Part shown: positions 11,993 through 25,038 of the stretch, piece by piece
Position numbering within the stretch: position 1 is the stretch's first letter
Layout: each line of letters opens with the position of its first letter
Assembly (NCBI RefSeq): GCF_006345805.1
Contig: NC_043002.1
Coordinates: forward strand, 82,708,001-82,772,000
Direction: 5' to 3'
Length of the DNA: 64,000 nt
From: Octopus sinensis
Taxonomy: Eukaryota
Program-made: the position numbers and the translations under genes
The notes under the pieces: generated by a model
Database searches by the model: none
Told to the model about the DNA's origin: nothing
The model's input: only the letters and a program-made list of their open reading frames with translations

Positions 11993-14900
11993 TTTTATTC
12001 ACCATAAGGTTGAGAAAAAGAGGGGACAAAACAAACGTTGGGGTCAGGGTATCGAATGAGACGAAACATATGAATAAACAAACAATTAAAATATATACAA
12101 TTAAATGAGAATGAGTGATTAACAAAAAATGAAGCGGAGGATGCAGTCGACCCCACAAACCACATACTCACACTGAAGACTTTGCTTTATCCTTTTTTAC
12201 ATTCTCGATTAAACAGGTTCTTTCACTCGCAACATACTTGCTATAGACTTCCATCTTTTACGAAACACACTTTGCGACAGGCATTTCTTCTCTAGCCTTA
12301 TTTTCCGTTTCATGTGGAAAACGAAAAAGTCGATTAGCTCGAGACTGGAGATAAACATGCCTGTTGCAATTCCTTTTACTCTCGTCTTCCACACTACTTC
12401 TTTCGCCATAGCAACTACCGAGAGAAAACAGGCTCGCTCCTCCCTATTCAGGAAGGTCGGCGGAACTATCTTAATTACAGATTCGCTCGACAGTTGCACT
12501 CTTCTCGAATGCGACAGCAGGTGTTCGACATAAGTCCAGAGCTCAGTCACCTTGGGGCATTGCACAATCGCGTGCAGGACAGTTTCACTGTCCCTCTTAC
12601 ATCTTGCACAAACCGGCGAAGGTGCACACCCTTGTCTAAAGAGCTTATCTCGAACCGGTAAAGCTCCTCTGTAACATTGCCAGGCCAGGGACTTTTGGTA
12701 ATTATCCATAGGCCCCGGACCGAATGTTCTTTGGAACAGGCTGGCCAGTTGATTTTCGTCGAAGCCCAGAGTTTCTCCTAGGACGTCGTCACACTTAAAC
12801 TCTACTAACCCTCTATAGAAGAACGAGGTAGTAGCCCCGCCACCGGCGTTGCCCGACTGGGAGAGAATCACGAGTGCCTGATAGCACTCTGCATGCCACA
12901 TGCCCAACCTCGGTCTACACTTGATCCATGGGTTCAGTTCGTTAAACGATGTGAACTGCGGAAATAACAGCTTGACAAACGGAGACCACACCTGCTCACC
13001 CTCCAGGTAAATCCAGAGGTGCCTAAGCCTGAGCGCATGTCTGCGCATTTTTAGCCACGGCATACCTAACCCACCGTTCAGCGGCTTTTGGCAGCAAATA
13101 GAGCGCCTTACAAGAGGTCTGCTGACCCTCCACAAAAAGCGAAAGAGCATGCGCTCCAGTTTGTTCAGCCACGAATCGGGGCAAGGCACTACGGTTAGGC
13201 GGTAAGTGATTACAGAGGCAATAAACACTTCTGCAACCTCCGCCCTCCCTTTCAAGGACAGCTTCCGCTCAGACCATGTCTGAGTTAGGAGAGCCACCTT
13301 TCTCGCCACCTCGCTCCAGTTCTTCTCTATCTGGAGATCTGGACCTAACCAGATCCCAAGCATTTTCACCGGTCCTTCCGTCCAACGTCCTACGACGCTG
13401 TCGGAAGACATCGACTTGCCCCTCCAGGTACCTAGTTGCAAGCCGACCGATTTATCCGAGTTGACTTTCGCTCCTGCCACCGCTTCGTAGTCCCTTAAGG
13501 CCTCACCCACCCACTGTAGGTGCTCGACTCGGGAAACGATGACGGTGATGTCGTCCGCATACGCCGAAGCTGACTTTCTTGCACCCTAGATCTTGCGGAG
13601 CGCCTCTCATAGTTTTCAACCTCCTCAGCAACGGCTCGATGACCAAAACGTAGAGAAGCGGGGAGAGAGGACACTGAGAGGACTCTGACGTACCGAACGT
13701 TCAATGCTGAACGGCTCCGAAAAGAAACATTTACCCGAACTACCGATTCGATGTTGCTGTATAATCGATGATCCATCCGTGGAAGGTCGGGCCGAAGCCA
13801 GCCGCCGCGAGGACCGCCGCCAGATACCGATGGTCCACCCTATCAAACGCTTGGTCCAAGTGGACCATAGCCCCACCCTTGCCATATATCCTATTTACCC
13901 TTTCTAAGGCATAGCGTAGAAAGTGGAGATTGTCGTGGATGGTCCTTCCATGGATGGCGCAAGTTTGCGCCTCGCCAACAAGTTCACCCACGACCCTCGC
14001 CAACCTTTTTGCTAAGACCTTGGCCAAAATCTTCAACTCTGCGTTAAGCAGAGTGATAGGCCAGAAATTATCAATTAAATCCCTCTTGTTTGGGTCCTTT
14101 CTTAACAGCGCTACCACCCCTCGGCTCACAGACTTAGGAATTCTCTCGTTCTGCTGCCAGTTGGTGTACACGCATGCAAGTAGGTGCCCAAACAAGTCTG
14201 GCATGCTACTATGAGTTCGTAAGGCAGACCATCGAGTCCCGGCGATTTGTCCCCGCCACAGTCTGCCAACATATCCTCGACTTCTTTGGCTGTGATCGGC
14301 GCCTCACAAGATTCCGCGTCCGGCCTCGATAGACGCGGCGAACCGGCTAGGAGTCTGCGAGCTTCTCCCCGCGTTCCAGCTCGCCGCTCCTCCCGAATAG
14401 CTGGGCGAAATGATCATGAAACACCTTGCACATCTCCTCGGGTTCGTTTACTAATCGACCATTTGGGCCCGTCAAGGATCGAATGGTTGAGTTGTTGCCA
14501 CGCTGGCTCTCTACCACCCGGGCCCATCCGGTTGCGTTGATCCCTTCCTGTCTCATTGCACGGATCTTAGCCCTGACAATGCACCCTTCATGTTTAGCTT
14601 TGAGATGTTGGTCTAGTGCTAACCTCGCCGCTAACACTTTCGATGCACTGCCTGACCTCATTGCCTCCTCTATTGCCTTAACTAGTTCCTTTTCTACTTT
14701 GTTTCTAGCACTAGCTAGTTCTTTTTGCTAAACCTAATTGACTCAAATTTGATGGCTCTTTTCAGGGCGTACCACCATTTATTGTTGATAATGGATCCGG
14801 TTAACGCCCTCATTACTAATTGTTTAATCCGATTCCTGTAGGCTTCACAGTCCAATAGTGACTTGTTTAGCTTCCAGTAACCGGTACCTCGTCTACACAT

Positions 14901-17420
14901 GCTATCTATGTCGAGCGTACAGGTCACTAATTTGTGATCGCTGTAGCTGACGAGATATGGTGTTGTGGACAGCTAAGTATTTTCTTATCTTTCCTTCTAG
15001 TTATGATTCTATCGATATAAGATCTGGACGACCCGTCGTTTCTTGCCAGGTCCACGCTGGAGTGTCTGGATGGTCCAGTCTGAATCTATCTGCCAATTCG
15101 AAACGACTTAGCATATCGTTGAGGTGAGGTAATCCCCTCCTATTCTTTCTCGAGCCAACATAATCTACGCTTGCATCGCAAATTATGTTGAAGTCACCTA
15201 GCAATACTAACGTGTTCGACGTGCCAAGAAAATTCTCTAGGCTTTTGAAATACTCTTTCTGCCCAGCTTTTCCTTCGCAGGGAGCATAGACAGCGACCAG
15301 CCTGAACACTTTACCACTGCTGTGCGTCACATCCAAAACGACCAACCTGCCTTCCGGATCTATAAAGATAGTTCTAATCTCTAAATCCAGGTTCTTCCTG
15401 ACCAGCACTGCCACTCCTCCTCCCCCTCCAGGTCGACAGGGAGAAATGTATTTCTCGTAGCCGTTTAGAAGGGGCGAAAAAGCCTGCAGCCCACTCAGTC
15501 TGGATTCGTAATTACCACTACATCCAAACGATGCGACCTAAGGTCGTTAAGGAGGTAGCCTTGCTTCCAATACGACCCCAGGCCGTGAGCATTTATACAA
15601 CCGAGTTTAAACGAGAAAAGTGAATTTAGTCGAATGTTTAAAACTTACTGTTTTAACAGAAGAGAGGGTGTAGTTTCACCCTCATCTTTTCTGTCTGTGA
15701 GTGTTGTGTTTTGCGAGGTCAGTTTTTTTGCGAATTGCTTGTACAGATGGCTTGAAAAGTTCATCTGTAACGGGCCGACGTCCTCCGCAAAAAGATTTTT
15801 TAATTTCAAAATAATCCGCGTTATCTATCGTATAAAATTCTACATTTTCAGATATAATACTATTTATATCTGTTGCGATATATTTTTTCGCCGATTTCAG
15901 TAAATTAATTTTTTCCCTTAATAGGTTAATCTTTTTATTTATCGCCGTGAAGGTGTTTCTTTTTTTTTTTTTTTTGTTAGGTGATTGTGGAGGGGGCTGT
16001 GTGTGTGTGTTTGTAGGTGTGTGTGTGCTTGTAGAAGCGTGGGTGTTTGTAGGTGTGTGCGTGCTTGTGGTAGGTGTGTGAGTGTTGTGTGTGCTTTTTC
16101 CAGTGTGTGTGTTTTTTTGGCTACGTGTGTGTTTGCGACTGTATTTGTGGGTGTGCTTGTCTGTCTGTGGGAGTAAGTCCTGTGTATCCGAAGAGGGTGG
16201 ATTTTTCCGTTTCTGTTCTTTTTGAAGCTTCCACGTTGACCTACTCCTGGATGTTGTTGTTGTTGTTGTCATCGTTGTTGTCGTTGTTTTCTCCCGTTGT
16301 CGGCTGAATTTCGGCAATTGGGGGCGTGACGTGGCTGCTATTTCTAGCGGTGAAGTTGTTTTCGGCGTCGTGCTTGCCTCTGCAGGTTTCTTCGCTGTCT
16401 TCTTGCAGCTCGACCTCATGTGGCCTTTCTCGCCACATTTATAGCACCTCGGTTTTCTTCCCTCGACTATTACCATCAAGGTGGTATTATCTCCAATGGT
16501 GAGGGAGCTTGGCAATTTTTCCAAGTCCTAGGGGTTCGCTTGGATCACAAGCTCTAAGTCCTGTCCATACCAGGTTGTGGGGCGATATCTTTTAGACTGA
16601 AGAATGGCAATTTCTTCTTCTTTGCCTAAGAGAATCGCTGCTGTTATGAAATCCACATCTATTTCGGGCGGAATGTCCGTAACTGTTATTCTGCTAGTTC
16701 TCATTCCTAAATAAAATGGTAAAAGAACTACCTCTTCTGACTTCAACGTTCTTGTTGAATGTTCCCTAGCTATTTCTTCGCTAGGGAAACGCACCTCTAC
16801 CGTGCCGAAGCGACTACCCCTTGTTATAAATGTAGTTTGTTGCCATATCGGCCTCAAACATTTTTCAATGTCTTCTCTCTGTACGAAGTCAATTTTCTTA
16901 TTTTTGACATTATACGTCTTGTATATGACAGTTTTTCTCTCCGTCGAGTAAATCAATTCACTGGGAGGGAACAACTTCACATTATCACCCTTTTTTTTTT
17001 AGTAGTCCTTGGTATTTTTTAATTCTTCCTTGTTGATGACTATATTTTCACAGGGGCGAGTTGCTGCACTCGCAAAATTTATTTTTGCCTTTTCTTGTCG
17101 TTTACTAGCTTCGCCAGACATATTGTCGTCTGCTTTTGTGACGCTCGCGTGAGACGTCTCTTTACTTCTACCTTCCTCCTCCCGCATTTTCGCCTTCATG
17201 CCTTCAAACAAATTTTCAACGTTTTCCTCCGACTCGGAGGAGATGGGTTGCAAATTCATGTCTTTTCGTCACTTCCCCCTTGAAACAAGGGGGAAAGAAC
17301 AGCAGAACTCTGTTGCAACAGCAGAAAAGAAGTGGCCTCGACGACCAAAACAGCAAATTTTCAAACTTTTCAGCACAAAAACAATATTTCACTGTGGAGC
17401 AAAGAATAACACGACCGATC
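11988..17420 (-). mobile_element. Tx1-clade non-LTR retrotransposon, copy B, near full-length with multiple frameshifts
   Basis: Same organisation as copy A. ORF1 fragments at 17259-15900 (CYKCGEKGHMRSSC) and ORF2 fragments at about 15620-12209 (INAHGL, GDFN, YADD). 3' end ggtgAATAAAaaaata then (TC)n. Confidence 0.9.
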
Positions 17421-17428
17421 AGAGAGAG

Positions 17429-17480
<52 letters not shown>
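17421..17480. repeat. (GA)n microsatellite at the 5' end of Tx1 copy B
   Basis: Direct reading. Confidence 0.95.
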
Positions 17481-17483
<3 letters not shown>

Positions 17484-17720
17484 ATAAAAAATAAAATGTA
17501 AAATGTTTTGTTTTTTGGTTTTGGAAGACACTATATTTTATAATCATAGTATATATACTTTAGTGAAAATCGTGCGATTGTTAATCTACAAATTTAACAA
17601 CATTTTTTCCATTCATTTCTGTTTATGAACATGCATGCGTGCACAAAACATGCAATAGGTGTACGTACGTACATATATTTATATCATATTATATATATAT
17701 AAATATAATATATATATATA

Positions 17721-18362
17721 ACTAGCAGTATTGCCCGGCTCGTGCGCTCGTGCGTTCTATGCACGCGCGAATTAAGCTAAACTTGGATGAAGTTCAATCA
17801 AAATTCAATTATTTGTTTTTAAAATCAAGCATTAATGCCTCTATTTTTGCGCTTATGTGTTCCATTTCCTCAATAGGAAGTACGTAGAAGCGTTTCATAA
17901 ATTTTTGTTGATCAAATATTGCATTTTTGAATTATTCTTTTAGATCAGTATTTCTCATATTCTCCATGGTTTCTCGTTTCCTGTTTCCCTTTCACTAAAC
18001 ATTTTTATATCTTACTTTCCCCTATCCCCTCACACCACTCTCATTCCCCTCGCTATCTTATATCATTCTATCACTCAGCCATTATTTCTTCCAAGGGAGG
18101 CTACTCCCTAACATTGATAGTTTTTCTAGAGTAACCTCCTTCAATGCTCAAACTTTAATCTATAATCTATAAGGCCTAAACAAACACATTATCGATTTTT
18201 GCACTTGCGAGATGAATTTCGGAACAGAAATAGCGCAGTTCAATTTTCATTCGCCTAAACTTTAAGTGACCCATTTTTGGTGTTTCTACGATTTGTTGCC
18301 TAGGAGGAGATGTGCCGGGAAGTTAAACACAGACACACAAGTTGAGTTTTATATATATAGAT
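17721..18362 (+). mobile_element. Helitron/Helentron-like non-autonomous element (HINE/DINE-like)
   Basis: Begins ACTAGCAGTATTGCCCGG after a TA run and ends ..gttttatatatatagat, termini typical of this class. Confidence 0.55.
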
Positions 18363-18474
18363 ATAACTAATTTCAACGGATTTCGCCCAAATTTGACGTC
18401 TATATTACTTAGTTGGTTGAAATAAAGAACTTGATTAGCTTAATCGTAACTTAATCCCGGGTTATACTGCTAGT

Positions 18475-18481
18475 ATATATA

Positions 18482-18534
<53 letters not shown>

Positions 18535-19017
18535 GTATATATATATATATATATACATATATACATACATACATATATATATATATTTATATACATATAT
18601 ATATATATATATACATACATCATCATTCATCATCATCATTGTATAACGTCCGTTTTTCATGATAGCATGGGTTGGACGGTACGACTGGAGTCTGGGAAGC
18701 CACGAGGTTGCACCAGGTTCCATTGATCTGGCAGGGTTCCTACAGCTGGATGCCCTTCCTAACGCCAACCACTCCGAGAGTGTAGTGGGTGCTTTTTATG
18801 TGCGACCGGCACAGGGGCCAGTGGGGCTTGCATTAACAATGTTTGGATGGTACGTTTACATGCCACCGGCATGGGAGCAAGTCAAGGCAGCGCTGGCATC
18901 AGCTGCATTCGGATGGTGTTTTTTACGTGTCATTGGCACACGAGCGAATCAAGATGAGGGGGTTGGCATTAATCACGTTTGGAGGGTGCTTATTATATGC
19001 CACCGACACAGGGAGTT

Positions 19018-19106
<89 letters not shown>

Positions 19107-19385
19107 ATACATATATATATATACATATATATATATACATATATACATATATATGTATACATACATATATATACACACACATATATATAACATATATATA
19201 CACATATATATACATATATATGTGTATATACATGTATGTATATATACACATATATATACATGCATATATATATACATATACATACACACATATATATAAA
19301 CATATATACATATATACACATATATATATATATAAATACATACACACACACACATATATATATATGTGTGTGTGTGTGTGTATGT
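18475..19385. repeat. Compound (TA)n/(TACA)n/(TG)n arrays flanking a family C repeat
   Basis: Direct reading. Source of the spurious IYIY ORFs. Confidence 0.9.
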
Positions 19386-19457
19386 GGAATGACCACCAGG
19401 TGGATTCTAATATACTAAAAGACCCCAAATGGCCTAACCACGGGGTTAGACCATGTA

Positions 19458-19746
19458 ATCTTTATATATAAAACTGAAGGTGTGTGTGTGAGAGTCTGTC
19501 TACACCGATTTAGATTCCTAACTACTCCCACATTTTGCGGTGCAGTTTAACCAAAAGCAGGTATCTTATAGTCGTGATTCATATCGACCCCTTCTGGGTA
19601 TTAGCGCGCGTCTACGATGAGTCTACGATTTAAAAATAAATTTACCATCATTTTTGCTCGGTTTATATAAGGGAAGTAACTCTCTAAAAATGATTATATA
19701 GTTATTTCCCTTACAAACCCGAGCAACGCCGGGTGATATTGCTAGT
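19458..19746 (-). mobile_element. Helitron/Helentron-like non-autonomous element
   Basis: Reverse strand starts ACTAGCAATATCACCCGGCGTTGCTCGGG and ends ttttatatataaagat. Confidence 0.55.
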
Positions 19747-19909
19747 ATTATATGAAATATAATTTTCTTAATCTTCAGATTTTTTAAATATGCAAGGCCA
19801 CTGGTTTAAATTGATATTAATTTAATCAATGTTAATTTCTACCCTCATTATTTAACTTATAAATACACACACACACACACACATATATATACACACATAT
19901 TTTCTTTCT

Positions 19910-20235
19910 TTCTTTACTTGTTTCAGTCATTTGACTGTGGCCATGCTGGAGCACCGCCTTTAGTCGAGCAAATCGACCCCGGGACTTATTCTTTGTAAGC
20001 CCAGTACTTATTCTATCGGTCTCTTTTGCCGAACCGCTAAGTGACGGGGACGTAAACACACCAGCATCGGTTGTCAAGCAATGCTAGGGGGACAAACACA
20101 GACACACAAACACATACATATATATATATGTACATATATACGACGGGCTTCTTTCAGTTTCCGTCTACCAAATCCACTCACAAGGCATTGGTCGACCCGA
20201 GGCTATAGCAGAAGACACTTGCCCAAGATGCCACG
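19910..20235 (-). mobile_element. SINE family A (3' part)
   Basis: Tail tttcagtcatttgactgtggccatgctggagcaccgcc plus internal body. Other copies at about 21765-22160, 33420-33745, 39180-39345, 46475-46720 and 54985-55480. Confidence 0.8.
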
Positions 20236-20399
20236 CATATATATATATATATGTATATATATACATATATATATTATACACATGCATACATATTATACAT
20301 ACGTATACATATACACACATATATATACATATATATATACTGTGGTGTCTTGGGAGAGTCACTTTTTTCTGGTGCCTTATAATTTAACAAATTAAGAAA

Positions 20400-20555
20400 T
20401 AAGTGGAAATTTTACCGGTGAGTGTGTTAAATTATAAGGCATAAAAAGAAAATGACTCTCCCCAGACACAACAGAATATGCTTCAACACACGAACTCACA
20501 AAAAATCTTGCAAACCAAATTCAAACACGAAATACATACATACATACGTACATAC

Positions 20556-20592
<37 letters not shown>

Positions 20593-20601
20593 ATATATAT
20601 A

Positions 20602-20652
<51 letters not shown>

Positions 20653-20791
20653 CATCAGTGGCGAAGGGTGACTAGGAAACTATGACAAGTAGTCTCCTTC
20701 CACCCACCCTCCACTAGTGGCGGCTCTCGTAGAGAACCTGTAGAACTGCAGCACCCTGCTTCTACTCGACACAATCAATAACATCCAATAC

Positions 20792-20840
<49 letters not shown>

Positions 20841-21068
20841 TCATCATCATCATCATAATTATCGTTAACGTCCGTTTTCCATGCTAGCATGGGTTGGACG
20901 GTTCGACCGGGGTCTGGGAAGCCAGGCTCCAGTCTGATCTGGCAGTGTTTCTACAGCTGGATGCCCTTCCTAACGCCAACCGTTCCGTGAGTGTAGTGGG
21001 CGCTTTTTACGTGACAGGCGAAGCTGGCAACATTCACGATCAATTGATATATATATATATATATATGA

Positions 21069-21103
<35 letters not shown>

Positions 21104-23320
21104 TGTATGTATGTATGTATGTATGTATGTATGTTTATGTATGTATGTATGTATACACATTGTATATTTATATAACATGGGCTTCCAGTTTCTGCCTCCC
21201 AAATCCATTCACAAGGAACTTGCCCAATGTTCCAAACAATGGGACTGAACCAGGAACCATGTGGTTGTGGGAAAAAAGATTTATTTTTTGCTTTTACAGA
21301 ATCGTAATCTCTTATATTTAAAACACAAATTCAAAGAAATTATAGGCGCCAGCGACTACATAATTTCCGACTCTCTTCTACAGGATTACTTCTATATCTT
21401 CAGTGATTTAAAACGGTATTCTTTTATTTGTTTCAGTCATTTGACCGCGGCCATGTTGGAGCACCGTAAAAGATAATTTATTGTAATGGTATATTTTTCT
21501 TATTTACACGCGCGCACCCACCACCCAGAGACTCGCTTAAAAATTTTAAATTACAAGATTTTTTTGTTGTTGATTAAATCCTAGTAATGGGTTACTGTTT
21601 GGACTAAACAAAATGTGTTTACGGGGAGAAAAATATTGAAAACATCAATACATGTCATAGTATCAAAGAAGCAAGGAAAGTACCATGTGGTCAAAGGATG
21701 TGCTAGAAACAACAGCCAAATCTACGTTAAATCACAAACTTTTTAGTACACTCTCTTTACTCTTTTACTTGTTTCAGTCATTTGACTGCGGACCATGCTG
21801 GAGCACCGCCTTTAGTCGAGCAAATCGACCCCGAGACTTATTCTTTGTAAGCCCAGTACTTATTTATCGGTCTCTTTTGCCGAACCGCTACGTGACGGGG
21901 ACGTAAACACACCAGCATCGGTCGTCAAGCAATGCTAGGGGGACAAACACAGACACACTAACATACACACACATAAATACATATATACGACGGGCTTCTT
22001 TCAATTCGTAGAATTACTTTCAGCTTATTTTTCGCGGAATTACATTCAAGTTTTTCGCAGGCTATAGTAGAAGACACTTGCCAAGATGCCACGCAGTGGG
22101 ACTGAATCCGGAACCATGTGGTTGGTTAGCAAGCTACTTACCACACAGCAACTCCTGCGCCAATGAAAATATTTTCAAAGTTTTTTCTATCCTTTTTACC
22201 GAAAAGTATGATCGACTTGTCAATTCGTAGAATTACTTTCAGCTTATTTTTCGCGGAATTACATTCAAGTTTTTCGCGGAATTATTCACAAGGCATTGGT
22301 CGGCCCGAGGCTATAGTAGAAGATGCCACGCAGTGGGACTGAACCCGGAACCATGTGGCTGGTTAGCAAGCTACTTACCACACAGCCACTCCTGCGCAGA
22401 TGAAAATATTTTCAAAGTTTTTTCTATCCTTTTTACCGAAAAGTATGATCGACTTGTCAATTCGTAGAATTACTTTCAGCTTATTTTTCGCGGAATTATT
22501 TTCAATTGTTCCCGTAATTTCTATTATTCTCGACCTCGGAATGTAAACTCATTTACAGATGCTAACTTCAAATACATATTTCTCCAACAGTCAACGTTAC
22601 GAGAACTGGTTTTTAATTAATTCTGCTTGTGCATATAAATTAGTAACATTGTTTTTTTACCCGGCTTCACAGATTCAGTATTCTAAAAAAAAGTATAATA
22701 AGTCATGGCTGCTCATTTCCAATTGTTTTTAAGGTGTGTAGAGGAAAAAAGAAAAAAAGTAAACCCGAGCCAAGATCGGTCTAGAGGGGTGGAGGTGGGT
22801 GGTGGTTAAAAAGATAAAAAATTTTCCAAAATTTTTTCATATAAAAATTTGCTCCCATCATTTTGAAGGCCGTGGTGAAAGCAAAATTGGGGAAATCTCC
22901 ATCAAAAACGGAGAAAATACAACTTGTGTGAACGTTCCGATCCGAAGCTACATCGGTGTTAAAAAAACACACACACACACAAAAAAAAGGGGGAGAAATA
23001 AGTACAGGAGTCGATTTTTTTCGTCTAAAATCTCTTGCAGGCGGTGCCCCTGTATGGCCACAGTTCAGAGACTCAGATAAGAAAAGATAAAGTTATAGAA
23101 GGCTGACAGGAAATTAAGACGACGCAGTCGTGTGAAGATAGGAAGTATGATCGACTTGTCAATTCGTAGAATTACTTTCAGTTTATTTTTCGCGGAATTA
23201 CATTCAAGTTTTTCACGGAATTACTTTCAGTTGTTCCCGTAATTTCTATCATTCTCGGCCTCGGAATATAAACTCATTTACAGTTGCTAACTTCAAGTAC
23301 ATATTTCTCCAACAGTCAAC
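20400..23320 (+). repeat. Local segmental duplication, copy 1 (with extra insertions)
   Basis: Collinear, same-orientation match to 40690-42545, including non-TE sequence (cagtggcgaagggtgactagg.., aatcgtaatctcttatatttaaaacac.., ggctgacaggaaattaagacgacgcagtcg..). Confidence 0.85.
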
Positions 23321-23430
23321 GTTACAAGAACTGGTTTTTAATTAATTCTGCTTGTGCATATAAATTAGTAACATTGTTTTTTTACCCGGCTTCACAGATT
23401 CAGTATTCTAAAAAAAAAGTATAATAAGTC

Positions 23431-23455
23431 ATGGCTGCTCACTTCCAATTAGCAG
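23431..23455 (+). CDS. C19orf12: Candidate first coding exon of the C19orf12-like gene (MAAHFQLA+G, phase 1)
   Basis: Preceded by a ttcacag acceptor near 23396. ATG 23431 and donor gcag|gtaatt. Phase matches the phase-1 start of the exon at 28687. No homology support. Confidence 0.4.
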
Positions 23456-23867
23456 GTAATTTTGATTCAAACTAATTCGTGTGCCCGATGTATGCATGTT
23501 GGATATTTTCATTGACGATTCAGAAGTGTATGCAAAAATTAAAATGGAAACGACGAAATATTTTTTTATTTTCTTTCATCATACTGCTACATTCATAGTT
23601 TGTGTACATATGTTTATACAAAAGCATTTACTATGATAGGAAATTACAAAGGTGTTTCAACTGTGACCATTCTGCTGATATTGTTCAACTCTTGTACAGT
23701 TTTGCCTTTGTATCCCAGTTTCTGTTTTGTATTGTTTCGCTTTTCACTAAACCATTCCACTTTTTACATTTTTGCTTCAGTTTGTCACCTGCACACATTA
23801 AGCAACACGTAGTCGAAGCTATTTTTTAAAATAATCGTTCCTACTAGAGAACATGTTCTTTCACTTG

Positions 23868-24103
23868 GTACTACTTAAGAAGAGTGGTCCCGGTGCGCGC
23901 ACTCGCGTAGTCGCGCATCCGCACTAGCTATTCGTGACTCGTCGGTCCTTACTTTGTGTTTTTGTGTTTTATTTACTTTGTTTTAAAAAAATTATTTTGT
24001 GTAAAAGAAAATATTTATTTTGTGTTTTATTTACTTTGCTAGGTAGTCGTTGTAGAATCGACTAGCGAGTGCGCGCACCGGGACTACTCTTCTTAAGTAG
24101 TAC
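23868..24103. repeat. Inverted repeat with ~46-bp GC-rich arms (23868-23913 / 24059-24103)
   Basis: gtactacttaagaagagtggtcccggtgcgcgcactcgc(g)tagtcg versus cgactagcgagtgcgcgcaccgggactactcttcttaagtagtac. Confidence 0.85.
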
Positions 24104-24278
24104 TCTTTTACTTTTTGAGGGAAGGACATTTTCCACGGTAAATTTTGATCGGCGATCTTTCGTCTGTAGTAGACCTTTCCGTCGATTTCCGTAAAAAAAA
24201 TTTTTTTTTTACATATGGGCTTGCGGGAACTTTTGAAGTAATATACATACATATACACATACACCGAGTAAAACGCCA

Positions 24279-25038
24279 ATTTGGTGATCTTTCGTTTGTA
24301 GTAGCACGTTTCCGTCGATGATTTCCGTAAAAAACTTTTATTATTTTACACATGGGCTTGCGGTAACTTCTGAAGTAATGAGAGCGAAAGAGACTAAGAG
24401 AAAGCGATTTTATGACGAGGGAAGTTCTTTTGATTTGAAGTTACCGTGTACATGTGTTTGATGGGGTGTGCGAGACAGAAAGTATGTTGTGTAAGTGAAG
24501 TGCTTGTTAGTGTGTGTGAAGAGACAGAGAGAGTAATGTGTGAAAGAGAGAGATAACTGAAATTTTTTACTCGGTGTATGTATGTATGTATGCATGTATG
24601 TGTGTGTGTGTATGGACGATTCAGTGTACACTGAATCGGCCATATATACACACACACATACATAGATACATACACACATACATACACACACACACACACA
24701 TACATGCATACATACATATACACATACACCGAGTAAAAAATTTCAGTTATCTCTCTTTCACACATTACTCTCTCTGTCTCTTCACACACACTAACAGAAG
24801 CACTTCACTTACACAACATACTTTCTGTCTCGCACACCCCATCAAACACACACACACACACACATGTACACGGTAACTTCAAATCAAAAGAACTTCCCTC
24901 GTCATAAAATCGCTTTCTCTTAGTCTCTTTCGCTCTCATTACTTCTGAAGTTACCGCAAGCCCATGTGTAAATATATAAAAGTTTTTTACGGAAATCATC
25001 GACGGAAACGTGCTACTACAAACGAAAGATCGCCAAAT
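24279..25038. repeat. ~760-bp loopless palindrome (foldback-like)
   Basis: Centre cgattcagtgt|acactgaatcg at 24627/24628. Arms match out to atttgg(t/c)gatctttcgtt, with a few indels and microsatellite length differences. Confidence 0.9.

Noticed and set aside
18451-21175. Many IYIY/CVCV/THTH ORFs here and at 6123-6436 and 24394-24999
   Set aside because: Translations of dinucleotide and tetranucleotide microsatellites.
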